Below are positions 11,201-20,624 of a stretch of 64,000 bases of DNA, one piece after another. The first letter of the stretch is position 1. Each line of letters starts with the position of its first letter. The translations under genes were made by a program, and so were the position numbers. The DNA comes from Nannocystis bainbridge (GTDB lineage: Bacteria; Myxococcota_A; Polyangia; Nannocystales; Nannocystaceae). The notes beneath the pieces are model-generated. The model saw only the letters and a program-made list of their open reading frames with translations, made no database searches and had not been told where the DNA came from. The DNA lies in NCBI RefSeq assembly GCF_028368995.1, contig NZ_JAQNDL010000003.1, positions 448,001 to 512,000 on the forward strand, in the 5' to 3' direction.

Positions 11201-12876
11201 TGCCGCGCCGCAGCGCCGACGAGCTGGCCGCCATCGCCCGCCTCTCGGAACATGCCCATGAGGACATGCTCCTTCGGGCAGCCGATCTCTACGCCGCCGC
11301 CGAAGCGCACGCCCTCGCCGCCGAGCACTACCTCGCCGCCGCCGCCAGCCCCGACCTGGCCGCGCGCGCCCTGGCCGGCGCGATCGCCAGCCGGCGCGCC
11401 CTCGGCGACTACGCGGCCGCGCTCGAGCTCGCGGTCCGCCGCGCCGCCCTGCCCGGCCTCGACCTCCGGATCCGCCGCGAGGCCGAGGCCGAGCTCGACG
11501 CCCTGCGCCGGGCCACCGCCCAGCGCCCGACGCTCGCGCTCCGCTTCGATCGCCCGCTCGATCCGTCGTGGCGCGTGTTCGACCCGCTGTCGTTCGCCCG
11601 CAGCCCCGGCGACGGCAGCCTGTCCCTTCAGACATCCGCCGATCGCGTGCTCGCCGAGTTCCCGCTCGAGTGGGACCGCGGCACCACCTCGCTCACCGTC
11701 GACGGTGCGCTCGGTGACCTCGAGTGGGGCAGCCACCTGACCATCGCCGTCACCCCGGTCGACGGCGACGACATCTACCTCGGCGTGCGCGCCGAGTCGC
11801 GCGGCCGCAGCGAGCGGCCCGAACAGAACGTCACCCCCGTCACCGGCGCCAACGGCAACCTCGGCTTCTACGGCCTCTCGCTCCCCCCCGGCGGGTCGCG
11901 GCGCTTCCGCGTCGGCATTCATCACTTCCCCGACCTCGGCACCGCCCACCTCGAGCTCGCCACCGACGGCGAAGCGCCGCGGCGGGTCGTGCTGCGCCAG
12001 GGCCCGCAGTCGCCGCCGCCCGGCCCGCTGCGCCTGCGGATCCTCAGCCGGCCCGTCCAGCCGAGCAGCGTCGCCGACCTGCAGGTGTTCGCGATCGAGA
12101 TGGTCGGCCTGCGCCGCGGCACCCTGCCGGCGAGCCCGAGCGCGGACGACCCGTGGCGCGCGGTCGCCCGGCTGATCGCCGAGGACGAGATCGACGCCGC
12201 GCTCGAGCGCCTCGCCACTGCCCCGGCCGCCGCTCCCGAGGCGCTGTGGCGCGTCGACCTGCTGGCCCGCACCGGCCGCATCGACGACGCCGCCGCGGCC
12301 TTGCGCACCAGCCTCGCCGGCCTCGCCGAGGACCACCCGTTCCACGCGCGCCTGCGCCAGCGGCTCATGCGCGACCCCGACAACTTCATCCTCGCGGCCA
12401 AGCGCGTGCTCGGGCCGGCGCTGTACGACCTGTTCGTGGACCCGAGCCGGCTCGAGTACACGTGGCGACCGGCGCGGATCCGTCATCACCTCGCCGACCT
12501 CGCCGACCTGCCGGTGACGCTGCCCGAGCGCGCCAGCGCCGACGCCCGCCGCCACCATCGCAACGCCCTGTACCTGCGCGGCTTCGCCTGGCAGCGCGCC
12601 GGTCGCTACGACCACGCCCTGCGCGACCTCGAGGCCGTGCTCCCGCTGCTCACCGAGTCGGACGACGCGCCCATGCGCAAGTACGTGCTGCGCCGCCTCG
12701 TCGACGCCAGCATCCACATGCGCGACCCGACCCGCGCGCGCCGGTGGATCACCGCGGCCCTGCTCGAGTCGCAGACCGCCGACCTCCTGCTCGAGGGCCT
12801 GCGCCAGCGCCCCGGCGTCGAAGCGATCTTCACCTCCGCCGACTGGGCCCGCTTCGAGGCGCTCACGCGCCGCTGA
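8272..12876 (+). CDS. Transmembrane Ser/Thr kinase with FG-GAP repeats and TPR-like helical regions
   Basis: VGRGAMGVVY, VALK, HRDFKPSN, DFG, GTPAYMAPE; TM segment; repeated DxDGDGxxE motifs. Start estimated at GTG 8272. Confidence 0.88.
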   Translation: MAGPGDTQAPRAGASELDATTAPPALSARDPLATVASARPAPPVHDPLATVASARPAPPVHDPLATIASAKPQWDAPAPGERDAAGPPRIGRFVVLREVGRGAMGVVYAGYDEELDRRVALKLVQTSGHDDPSFGRAQLLREAQALARLTHPNVVAVHEAGEFRGAVFIAMEYVDGVDLHRWLAQAPRSWREIVAALRQAGEGLRAAHDGGLVHRDFKPSNVLVGADGRVRVADFGLATRRGRTGSSGHVPKTTSPLITAEALATLAGSGALIGTPAYMAPEQLRREPATAASDQFAFCVTLYEALYGRRPFTGDTLEVLAEHVLHAEPPPAAPDPRVPQWLHAVLVRGLAKDPARRHAGMAELLELLGRDPEAERRRTRQRLLQIAVAVAATVIVVLGGVAATRALVRATDERRAEARLDVLRGQLTALTVARKPDEAARLFAAFAALPDNRGTAALARAYREWGEAQTDPAAAIDAHAGAYIAARTREDQAAALRLLALRLADSRNFTAAAAAVAALDARAPELAGDPQLAGLRLAAALDRRDLPAARAALDRLPGDDPRRSYGHVLENMSSGTFIARTAIGQRRGVDPEFTVGDFDGDGRLELATHADQRESVVVLRADPSLTRVAEVPAPGLAAAARILPPALGGEPLLLLGFENPGGIGDAFVRYAVHPAHAGPKLHEWLDSAVLGAAVADLDGDGRAELYTGSGPYARKLRQTALDPQGAWQTRPAHPSTDAAISDINAVLAGDLDGDGRAELVVVAGPWSAYDVRVLQAGDDGRLRMLARRSLGFVESAVLLRAGGELRIAATKRDDYPNPGRFSEAAPYGEPEGLYVLALDGDTLATRQHFALPEGAEPRSGPRWLRVVDLDGDGVDDLVAESAHDLAIHRGDGEALQAPLRLAGVHVRAAADFDADPAHELLVVLPGDGDNLVILGAGDTPLPAIDRPEPEARPIGAVSDPALVDAWQHAEELAAIGLPRRSADELAAIARLSEHAHEDMLLRAADLYAAAEAHALAAEHYLAAAASPDLAARALAGAIASRRALGDYAAALELAVRRAALPGLDLRIRREAEAELDALRRATAQRPTLALRFDRPLDPSWRVFDPLSFARSPGDGSLSLQTSADRVLAEFPLEWDRGTTSLTVDGALGDLEWGSHLTIAVTPVDGDDIYLGVRAESRGRSERPEQNVTPVTGANGNLGFYGLSLPPGGSRRFRVGIHHFPDLGTAHLELATDGEAPRRVVLRQGPQSPPPGPLRLRILSRPVQPSSVADLQVFAIEMVGLRRGTLPASPSADDPWRAVARLIAEDEIDAALERLATAPAAAPEALWRVDLLARTGRIDDAAAALRTSLAGLAEDHPFHARLRQRLMRDPDNFILAAKRVLGPALYDLFVDPSRLEYTWRPARIRHHLADLADLPVTLPERASADARRHHRNALYLRGFAWQRAGRYDHALRDLEAVLPLLTESDDAPMRKYVLRRLVDASIHMRDPTRARRWITAALLESQTADLLLEGLRQRPGVEAIFTSADWARFEALTRR
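8359..8482 (+). repeat. 48-bp tandem repeat (DPLATVASARPAPPVH x~2.5)
   Basis: Visible in DNA and protein at the kinase N-terminus. Confidence 0.85.
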
Positions 12877-12929
12877 CGCTTGCCGGCCGCGCGGGCGCCA
12901 GGTATTCGTGTCCCCAGGAGGAGACCGCC

Positions 12930-13172
12930 ATGAGGAAGCTGCGCGCGAGCGGCCCCCCGAAGCTGGAGGGCGAATCCCCGCTCCTGACCGCCGACGACCT
13001 CGCGGTGTGGTTCCACTGCTCGCGGCGAGCCGTCTACGACCGCGTCTTCCGCAACCAGATCCCCGGCGTCGTCCGCCTCGGCCGCAGGCTCTACTTCGAT
13101 CGCGTCACCATCCAGGAGTGGCTGCGCCGCCGCCTGCTCGGCGCCCCGCCCGAAGACCTCGAGTTCCACTGA
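12930..13172 (+). CDS. Excisionase-like helix-turn-helix (HTH_17-type) protein
   Basis: GGAGG RBS; LLTADDLAVWFHCSRRAVYDRVFRNQIPGVVRLGRRLYFDR. Confidence 0.8.
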   Translation: MRKLRASGPPKLEGESPLLTADDLAVWFHCSRRAVYDRVFRNQIPGVVRLGRRLYFDRVTIQEWLRRRLLGAPPEDLEFH

Positions 13173-13173
13173 C

Positions 13174-14166
13174 TCAGTGGAAGTAGCGCTGGATCTGCCC
13201 GCCGTTCTGCTCGAACTCGAAGGCGAACCCGAACTCGATCAGCCCCGTCCGCGGATCGATCAACTGCGCCGGCGGGTTGCCGAACGGCGCCGCCGCCCGC
13301 ACCGCGCGGATCGCCTCCTCGTCGAGGTAACCCAGCCCGGCCGGCCGGTCGATCGAGATCTTGTGGATCGAGCCGTCGGGGTTGAGGCGGATGTAGAGCG
13401 ACGTCACCCACGACTTGGTGCCGACCTTCATGCTGTCCGACGCCCGGCGCTCGTGCAGCGGGCCCGGCTCCCAGTGGCCGGCCACCGCGTCGCGCACCCG
13501 GTTGAAGAACGACGCGTACTTCCAGCGGCGCGAGTTGAGGACGTTGTCGGCCCCCTCGGGCACGTTCTTGTCGATCGAGTCCATCGTCCCGGCCTGGCCG
13601 AGCGCTCGCTCCATCGACCCTGGCGTGCCGCGCAGCCCCGGGTTGCCGCCCGGCGCTGCACCGCCTGGCGCCAGCGGCATCGGCCCCAGCGCGCCCGGAT
13701 CGACCTGCGGCCCCTCCGGCTGCAACCCCTCGCGCACGCTCGGCGCCTGCTGCGGACGCCGCTTGTTCGGCGAGTTGTCCGCGTCGGGCGCGGTGCCCGG
13801 CAGCATCGGCAGCCCGCCCGGCGTCGGCCGCACGTTCGGCGCGCGCGTCTCCTTGTCGGTCGACTGGTCGAACTCCGACAGGTACTTGGCGTCGTCGGGC
13901 GCCTTCTCCTTGCTCGTCCGGTCCTGCTTGATGAGGCGGCCCTTCGGCGGCTCGCGCGGCTGCGCCTCGGCCTCCGGCGGCGGCTCCTCCTCCGGGGGCA
14001 CCAGCGCCACGTCCATCCACCCCTCCGAGCGCGGCAGCGGCGGCGTGTCCCAGCCGAGCTCGATGAGCTGGTTGCCCAGCGGCCACAGCACCAGGTGCAC
14101 CAGCAGCGACGCCAGCAGCATGAAGACCACCAGGGTCAACCCGGAGTTGTCGCGCGGGCGTGGCAT
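13174..14166 (-). CDS. TonB family protein (TonB C-terminal domain)
   Basis: N-terminal TM with SLLVH, Pro-rich spacer, YASFFNRVR...LDEEAIRAVRAAAPFGNPP. Confidence 0.85.
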   Translation of the reverse strand: MPRPRDNSGLTLVVFMLLASLLVHLVLWPLGNQLIELGWDTPPLPRSEGWMDVALVPPEEEPPPEAEAQPREPPKGRLIKQDRTSKEKAPDDAKYLSEFDQSTDKETRAPNVRPTPGGLPMLPGTAPDADNSPNKRRPQQAPSVREGLQPEGPQVDPGALGPMPLAPGGAAPGGNPGLRGTPGSMERALGQAGTMDSIDKNVPEGADNVLNSRRWKYASFFNRVRDAVAGHWEPGPLHERRASDSMKVGTKSWVTSLYIRLNPDGSIHKISIDRPAGLGYLDEEAIRAVRAAAPFGNPPAQLIDPRTGLIEFGFAFEFEQNGGQIQRYFH

Positions 14167-14224
14167 GGGCCGTCCCCAGTATAGCCGCCTCGGTCGCCAA
14201 CGGCTGCGGTATACCCTGCGGCCG

Positions 14225-15115
14225 ATGACCGTCACCGCCCGCCCGCTCTCCCCCGGCGCCGAGGCCCTGCTGGGGCGCGAGGTCCCCGTCCTCGACCTGG
14301 GCTTCGTCCAGCCGATCGACTACATGGGCAACGACAACGACATCGTTCAGGCCGCTCGCGTCAGCTACGGCCCGTCCACGCGCAAGGTCCACGACGACCG
14401 CGGCCTGCTGCGCTACCTCATGCGCCACCGGCACACCACGCCGTTCGAGATGTGCGAGGTCAAGTTCCGCTGCAAGATGCCGATCTTCGTCGCCCGCCAG
14501 TGGATCCGCCACCGGACGGCCAACGTCAACGAGATGTCGCTGCGCTACAGCGAGGCGCCCGACGAATTCTACGTCCCGGCGCTCGAGCACGTCACCCTGC
14601 AGTCGACGACCAACCGCCAGGGCCGCGACGCCGAGACCGCCGTCCCCGCCGAGCTGCGCGAGCGGGTGCGCGCCCTGCTGCACACCCGCCACGAGCAGCT
14701 CTACGCCGACTACCAGACCCTCGCCGGCGAGCTCGGGATCGCCCGCGAGCTCGCCCGCACCCTGCTGCCGGTGTCGCTTTACACGCAGTGGATCTGGAAG
14801 ATCGACCTGCACAACCTGATGCATTTCCTCGACCTCCGCCTCGACCCCCACGCGCAGATCGAGATCCGCCTGTTCGCCGAGGCGATGGCCGGGTTCGTCC
14901 AGGCGTGGGTCCCGCAGTCGTGGGAGGCCTTCGTCGACTACCGCCGCGAGGCCCTGCCCCTCACCCGCCTCGACGGCGTGGCCCTGGCCCACATGCTGAA
15001 GGGCGAGGACGCCGACGCCGCCGCCGCCCGGGCCGGCCTCCAGGGCCGCGAGCTGCGCGAGTTCCACGACAAGCTGGCCCGCCTGCGCGGCCTGACCGAA
15101 GAGTCAGGTTCGTAG
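14225..15115 (+). CDS. thyX: FAD-dependent thymidylate synthase
   Basis: RHRHTTPFE, RQWIRHRTANVNEMSLRYS ThyX motif, ARELARTLLP, LRLDPHAQIEIR. Confidence 0.96.
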   Translation: MTVTARPLSPGAEALLGREVPVLDLGFVQPIDYMGNDNDIVQAARVSYGPSTRKVHDDRGLLRYLMRHRHTTPFEMCEVKFRCKMPIFVARQWIRHRTANVNEMSLRYSEAPDEFYVPALEHVTLQSTTNRQGRDAETAVPAELRERVRALLHTRHEQLYADYQTLAGELGIARELARTLLPVSLYTQWIWKIDLHNLMHFLDLRLDPHAQIEIRLFAEAMAGFVQAWVPQSWEAFVDYRREALPLTRLDGVALAHMLKGEDADAAAARAGLQGRELREFHDKLARLRGLTEESGS

Positions 15116-15151
15116 CGACATGTCCCCGAGGGCATGCCCCGAAGGGCATGT
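15103..15151. repeat. TGTC-N6-GACA array at the thyX / phosphatase convergent junction
   Basis: Cores at 15105, 15119, 15133, 15147. Confidence 0.85.
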
Positions 15152-15164
15152 CTCGAAGCGCACC

Positions 15165-15773
15165 TCAGCCCGCGACCCGGCGCGCCACCACGATCGCCAC
15201 GTCGTCGGGCAGCGCCCCGGAGCGCAGGCGCACGAGGTCGAGCAACCGCGCGGGGATCGCCGCCAGGTCCTGGCCCGTCACGACCTCCGCGATCGCCTCC
15301 AGGCGCGCATATTTCAACAGCCCGTCGGTCGCCAGGAGCAGGGTCGCGTCGCCCAGGCTGCCCGAAAAGGCCACCGGTGACGCGCACCGGCTCCCCAGCA
15401 GCGGCTTGCGCGGCTGACCCGCGGTGAGGTCGACGCAACGACCCGCGGCGTCGAACAGCAGCGCGCCCGAGTCCCCGACGCTGGCGCCGAAGATCCGTTC
15501 GCCGTCCACCCGGAGCACCACCGCCGTCGCCTCGCCGAGCGGCAGCTCGCGATCGACCCGGAGCAGCAGCTCCGCCCAGCCCGTCCCGTCCGGCAGCCTG
15601 AGGCTCGCCGCCACCGCCGCGATCACGGCCTCCGCCGCGGCCGCCCCGCCGCCGCTCCCGCCCGCGCCGTCGGCGACCACCAGCGTGGCGCCGCTCGCCA
15701 GCGGGAACACGCCCGCGCGGTCCTGGGCGCCCTCGAGCGCGCACGCGAGGGCCAGCGGTCGTCGGGGGTGCAC
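15165..15773 (-). CDS. PP2C/SpoIIE-like protein phosphatase
   Basis: QDR, VVADGAGG, VGDS, LLATDGL, DDVAIVV motifs. Start estimated. Confidence 0.85.
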   Translation of the reverse strand: MHPRRPLALACALEGAQDRAGVFPLASGATLVVADGAGGSGGGAAAAEAVIAAVAASLRLPDGTGWAELLLRVDRELPLGEATAVVLRVDGERIFGASVGDSGALLFDAAGRCVDLTAGQPRKPLLGSRCASPVAFSGSLGDATLLLATDGLLKYARLEAIAEVVTGQDLAAIPARLLDLVRLRSGALPDDVAIVVARRVAG

Positions 15774-16034
15774 GAGCGAATCGGAGACCACGATGTCGCC
15801 GAGCTTACCAGCTCCGCGCGCCCGCAGACCACCCGAACCTCCGAGGATGTCCCCGAGGGATAGGTCGCGCCCGTGACGTGTGGCCTCCGCGTCCACGCCT
15901 CCGCCGGCCCGTGGACGCGCAGGCCTGCTCCGCCTCAGGACGGTCAACAGCGTCACCTACGCCCCGCCGGAGTGGATCTGCAAGTACGGCTATCACTACG
16001 GCCCCTGCACGCACGTCTGCGGCGAGTGAGCGCC

Positions 16035-16186
16035 GACATGTCCGCAAGGACATGCATGGCATCACCTGCCTGAGATGGCCTCATGGACATGCCCTTTAAA
16101 ACATGTCCATGAGGCCATCCAGCCGGAGCACGCCGCCTCCCCCTCATCCAAAACTTTCGCAGGACATGCGCCTTTCAAACATGTCC
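16035..16186. repeat. Cluster of three TGTC-N6-GACA arrays
   Basis: Cores 16037/16051/16065; 16088/16102/16116; 16165/16180 (last spacing 15). Confidence 0.8.
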
Positions 16187-16338
16187 TCGAAGTCACAAGA
16201 CCCGTCTCGGGCCCGCTCTCGGGCCTCCGACCCTCGCCGCGCGCACCCGCCCGCCTTCGCCGCAGATCGGCCCTGCGCCCCCTGCCGGCGCCACTGGCTT
16301 GCTCGCGGCCGTCCGCCCGTTCACCCTCTGCGGACGGC

Positions 16339-19300
16339 ATGGCACTCCGTCGGCGCTCCGCCCTGCGGCTCATCGCTCTCCCCGCATTCGGCCTGCTGCT
16401 CGGCCTCGCCTGCGGCCCCGACGACGCCTGCCCGCGGGCCTCGTGGTGCGGCGAGGACGGCCGCTGGTCGCAGATCGTCACCCTCGTCGACGACGCCGTC
16501 CTCGTCGATCTCGACGGCGACGGCGAGGACGAGGCCGTCGTCCTCTCGCGCGAAGGTCAAAAGCTCACCCTCGCCCGCGGCACCGGCTCCCATGCCTGGC
16601 GCGCCAGCCTCGATCTCGTCGAGCGCCCGGTCGCGCTCGCGGCCTTGCCCGGCGAGGTCGCGGCCGCGCTGAACCACCCGCCGCGGATCGCCATCTTCGG
16701 CATGGACGGCGACGGCCGGCTGGTCCGCCGGCGCGACATCCCGCTGCGCGACGACCCGATGCGCCTCGACAGCGCCGACCTCGACGGTGACGGCGCCCCC
16801 GAGCTCGTGGTCACCATCCCTGACGCCAGGCGGATCGCCGTCGTCGACCCGCGCGACGGCACCGTGCGCGAGCACCCGGCCGGCCGCCAGCCGCTCGACG
16901 TCGAGGTCGGCGACGTCGACGGCGACGGCCACCGCGACGTCGTCGTCCTCGACCGGGGCGCCGACGCGCTGCTCGTGCTGCGCGGCGCCGGCGACGGCAC
17001 GCTCGCGCCCGCGGTCGCCCACCCGTCGACGTGGCGCGGCTTCTGGCTCACGCTCGCCGATCACGACGGCGACGGCGACCTCGACGCCGTCACCCGCGAC
17101 GCCCAAGCGGGGGTCGTGCTGTTCCACCGCAACGACGGCCACGCCCGCTTCTCGAGCCCTATCGGCCTCTCCACCGTCAGCACCAGCCCCATGCACCTCG
17201 GCCTGGCGGCCTCCCCCTCCGCGGCGAGCGGCCTGACGAGCGCCAGCTTCCCTTTCCACGAAGTCCTCACCACCTACGTCGGCAAGGGCGCGTCCTGGCT
17301 CGGCCGCGTCGACCGCAAGCTCGATGGAGCGCGATGGATCGGCCCCGGCACCGGCGGCCGGCTGCTGATCGGCTCCCGCCTCCACCTCGGCCGGTTCGCC
17401 TGGCGGGCCGGCCCCACGCCGCTGCAGGTGGCGCGAAACAGCGAGGTCAAGTTCTACCACGAGCGCGCGCTGGCCACCGGCGACCTCGACGGCGATCACC
17501 TGCTCGACATCGCCGCCTCGTCCGGCAATCACGTCCACCTGTTTCACGGCCGCGCCGACCGCGACTTCGAACCCGCCGAACCACTCCAGCTCGACGCCCC
17601 TGCGACCGCGATTGTCGTCGCCGACGTCACCGGCGACGGCCGTGACGACATCGTCGTCGACGACGGCGACGACGTGCGCGTCTTGATCGCCGGCGCCGAC
17701 GTCCCGTTTCAGCTCGGCCCGCGCGTCGCCACCGGCATCCCCGCGCGCGCCCTGGTCGCGCTGCGCACCGGCGCCGACCAGCCGCCCGCGATCGCCGTGC
17801 TCGCCGCGCCGAAGAACTCCGGCGACCTCGAGGTCCCCGGCGCCCGGGTGATCCGTTTCGGCCCGGACGGCCTCGCCAGCGCCACTGCCGGCATCGACGG
17901 CCTGTTCGTCGACGTCCTCGTCCCCGTCGACCTCGACGCCGACGGCATCGACGAGCCCCTGGTCCTCGGCCGCCGCGACGGCGTCCCCGTGCTCGCCCAC
18001 CTGATCCCTGCCGGCGCCGGGTTCGAGCTGGCCGCCGAGCACGACCTCTCGGGCCTCTCCGATTTCGTGCCCAGCAGGTGGTCTCGCCTCACCACGGCCG
18101 ACCTCGACGGCGACGGCGACCCCGAGGTGTTCGTCGGCGACGTGTCCCGCCGCTGGCACCTGGACGGCCTCGCCGACGGCGCGCTCGTGGCGACGGCGGC
18201 GGACGTGCCCGCCCCGTCGCACCTGCGTGACCTCGACGGCGACCAGCGGCTCGACGCGGTGATGTACCGCGACCGCACCCTCGCGTACCAGCGCGGCCTC
18301 GGCGACGGGACCTTCGCGCCCGAGGTGCTCGAGCACGAGTTCGCGAGCGGCGACAGCGTCGCCTTCCCCTCGCGCCCCGACGCGCAGTTCGACCTCGCCC
18401 TGCTCGAATACGAGGGCATCAGCGCTCACCTCGTGCGCGAGGTGATGCGGCCGGTCCGCGACGGCGAGAGCTTCGGCCTGCTCGGGGCCGGCAGCGAGCT
18501 GCTGACCGGCGACCTCGACGGCGACGGCTGCGACGACGTGGCGATCCTCGGCGATGGCGGCATCAGCTGGCGCTGGGGCGGCGAGACGGACCCGCTCACC
18601 CGGTCCGATGGCATCTACTACAAGGGCTGGAGCCGCGGCCTGGCGATCGGCGACCTCGACGGCGACGGCGCCGCCGAGGTGCTCACCGCCGACTTCGTCA
18701 ACGGCGTCGACGCCTTCAGCGCTGCGCAGCGCGTCGAGCGGAGGCTCGACCTCTCCCTGCTCACGACTGAGACGATCGAGAGCCTCGCGGTCGCCGACGT
18801 CGACCTCGACGGCCACCCCGACATCCTCGCCCTCCACATGAACGAAACCACCCGGCTGGACATCGCCTTCGGCGCCGCCGAGCCGTTCGCCTTCGAGCCG
18901 TGGCAGACCGTCGCCGACATCCCGGTCCGCGCGCTCGCGCGATTCCAGGTCGGCGACTTCGAGGGCGACGGCGACCCCGACGTGCTCGTCAACCTGCTCG
19001 AGAACTCCCCGGTGCTGCTGCGCAACGACGGCGGGGGCGCGTGGCAGCCGACCGGCGTGCGCGGCCAGCGGGCCTTCTTCGCGCCGGTGGGCGACCGCGC
19101 CGAGCTGGTGGCGCAGGACGGCGCCGCCGTCTACCGCCACGACGACGCCGACCTCGAGCGCCGCGTCGTCCTCCACGACGACATCGCCGGCTGGCTGGTG
19201 CAGGCCGCCGACGTCGACGGCGACGGCCGCTACGACCTCACCGTCAGCGAACAAGAAGGCACGGTCGCTTGGCTGCTCGGCGGCGACGCGCCCGTGCGGG

Positions 19301-19425
19301 TCCCCCTCGTCGACGAGGTGGCGCTCTCGGCCGTGGCCTACCCGGACGTCGACGGCGACGGCCGCCCCGACCTCGTCGCCCTCGCTGGCGGCGGCATGCT
19401 GGTCCGCCAGACCCGCCGGCCGTGA
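16339..19425 (+). CDS. FG-GAP/VCBS repeat lipoprotein
   Basis: Lipobox LGLAC and many DLDGDG calcium-binding repeats. Confidence 0.88.
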   Translation: MALRRRSALRLIALPAFGLLLGLACGPDDACPRASWCGEDGRWSQIVTLVDDAVLVDLDGDGEDEAVVLSREGQKLTLARGTGSHAWRASLDLVERPVALAALPGEVAAALNHPPRIAIFGMDGDGRLVRRRDIPLRDDPMRLDSADLDGDGAPELVVTIPDARRIAVVDPRDGTVREHPAGRQPLDVEVGDVDGDGHRDVVVLDRGADALLVLRGAGDGTLAPAVAHPSTWRGFWLTLADHDGDGDLDAVTRDAQAGVVLFHRNDGHARFSSPIGLSTVSTSPMHLGLAASPSAASGLTSASFPFHEVLTTYVGKGASWLGRVDRKLDGARWIGPGTGGRLLIGSRLHLGRFAWRAGPTPLQVARNSEVKFYHERALATGDLDGDHLLDIAASSGNHVHLFHGRADRDFEPAEPLQLDAPATAIVVADVTGDGRDDIVVDDGDDVRVLIAGADVPFQLGPRVATGIPARALVALRTGADQPPAIAVLAAPKNSGDLEVPGARVIRFGPDGLASATAGIDGLFVDVLVPVDLDADGIDEPLVLGRRDGVPVLAHLIPAGAGFELAAEHDLSGLSDFVPSRWSRLTTADLDGDGDPEVFVGDVSRRWHLDGLADGALVATAADVPAPSHLRDLDGDQRLDAVMYRDRTLAYQRGLGDGTFAPEVLEHEFASGDSVAFPSRPDAQFDLALLEYEGISAHLVREVMRPVRDGESFGLLGAGSELLTGDLDGDGCDDVAILGDGGISWRWGGETDPLTRSDGIYYKGWSRGLAIGDLDGDGAAEVLTADFVNGVDAFSAAQRVERRLDLSLLTTETIESLAVADVDLDGHPDILALHMNETTRLDIAFGAAEPFAFEPWQTVADIPVRALARFQVGDFEGDGDPDVLVNLLENSPVLLRNDGGGAWQPTGVRGQRAFFAPVGDRAELVAQDGAAVYRHDDADLERRVVLHDDIAGWLVQAADVDGDGRYDLTVSEQEGTVAWLLGGDAPVRVPLVDEVALSAVAYPDVDGDGRPDLVALAGGGMLVRQTRRP

Positions 19426-19434
19426 CGCCGGCAC

Positions 19435-19566
19435 GACATGTCCCCGCGGACATGTCCCATCGGCGCGCCGTAGCACCGCCGCTGCGACTGATGTCCCATC
19501 CAACATGTTACAAAGGACATATGACCGCCGGCGCGCCGCTGCGAATGATGTCGCATCCGACACATC
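19435..19566. repeat. TGTC-N6-GACA arrays plus a short direct repeat between convergent genes
   Basis: Cores 19437/19451; 19490/19504/19518; cgccgctgcga-tgatgtc-catcc occurs twice. Confidence 0.75.
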
Positions 19567-19624
19567 CCCGAGGCCGCGCGCTCGACGGCCCGGGCGCGTC
19601 GCTCCGCCGATCCGGCTTACGCGA

Positions 19625-20575
19625 TCACTCCGCCTCGCCCGCGGGCGGCTCCGCGTCCGCCTCCCACGCGTCCGGGTCGAGGTCCACCGCCTCCGCCATG
19701 TCGCGCCAGTCGAAGCCGAGCGCCTCGGCCGCGCGCAGCCACGCCTGCGCCTGCGAGGGCGAGCGCGGCACGCAATCGCCGGTCGCGTACATCACCCCGA
19801 GCGTCGCCGCCGACCGCCCGTGCCCGGCCTGCGCCGCCCGCTCGTACCACTCGAGCGCCCGCGCCGGGTCGCGCTCGACCCCGCTGCCGGTCGCATAAAA
19901 GCCGCCGAGGTTGCCCATCGCTCGCACGTTGCCGGCCTCGGCCGCCCGGCGGCACCACGCTACCGCGGCGACCTGGTCTTCGGGACATCCAGCCCCGCTG
20001 GTGTGGATCACGTACAGCTCGAACATCGAATCGGCGTGGCCGCACGCCGCCGCCTGCTCGTGAAACTCGCGCCCCCGCGCGAAGTCCCGGCCCGCGCCGC
20101 CCAGGTCGAGGCACGCGTACACCCCGAGCATGTAGTGCACCTGCCCGTCGTCGTCGCGCTCGCGGGCCGCGTGCAACCACGCGAGCGCCCGGGCCCCGCG
20201 CGCCGGATCGGCCGCCCGCCACGCGACCCGGGCCGCCAGCGCCGCCGCCGGAGCGTCGCCCGCCTGCGCCGCCGCTTCGACCGCCGCGAACGCTCCGGCG
20301 AGCTCGCCCGCCTGCAGCAGCAGGCGCGCCCGCTCGCGCGCCGCGGCGTGCAGCCCGAGCCCCGCCGCCTCGACCAGCGCCGCGTGGATCGCCGCCTCGA
20401 GCTCCGCCAGCACTTCGCCGCGCACCGGCTCGAGCCCGAGCATCGCGTCGGTGCCGCGAAACTCGAGCGCGACCGCGGCGTTGCGCGCCGCCTCGTAGAG
20501 CCTGGCCGCGTCACCGGAGCCGAGCAGCCGTTGCAGTTCGTCGCGCTTGAGGACGGCGTCGAGGGTGCGTGACAT
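19625..20575 (-). CDS. Sel1-like repeat protein
   Basis: AMGNLGGFYATGSGVERDPARALEWYERAAQAG repeats. Confidence 0.9.
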   Translation of the reverse strand: MSRTLDAVLKRDELQRLLGSGDAARLYEAARNAAVALEFRGTDAMLGLEPVRGEVLAELEAAIHAALVEAAGLGLHAAARERARLLLQAGELAGAFAAVEAAAQAGDAPAAALAARVAWRAADPARGARALAWLHAARERDDDGQVHYMLGVYACLDLGGAGRDFARGREFHEQAAACGHADSMFELYVIHTSGAGCPEDQVAAVAWCRRAAEAGNVRAMGNLGGFYATGSGVERDPARALEWYERAAQAGHGRSAATLGVMYATGDCVPRSPSQAQAWLRAAEALGFDWRDMAEAVDLDPDAWEADAEPPAGEAE

Positions 20576-20624
20576 GGCGTACCGGCCCGAAGGTACACCG
20601 CTCGCGTGATACCGTCATCGCCCC

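Noticed and set aside
13415-15115. 566-aa ThyX with N-terminal extension; similar extensions on CzcA, CzcB, MerR and the OMP ORF
   Set aside because: The extensions overlap neighbouring genes; true starts lie downstream.
9034-19563. Very long antisense ORFs (9034-12717, 16321-19563; likewise 24712-27801, 37308-39788, 48817-51318)
   Set aside because: Shadow frames of real genes caused by high GC; no recognisable motifs beyond the parts annotated.
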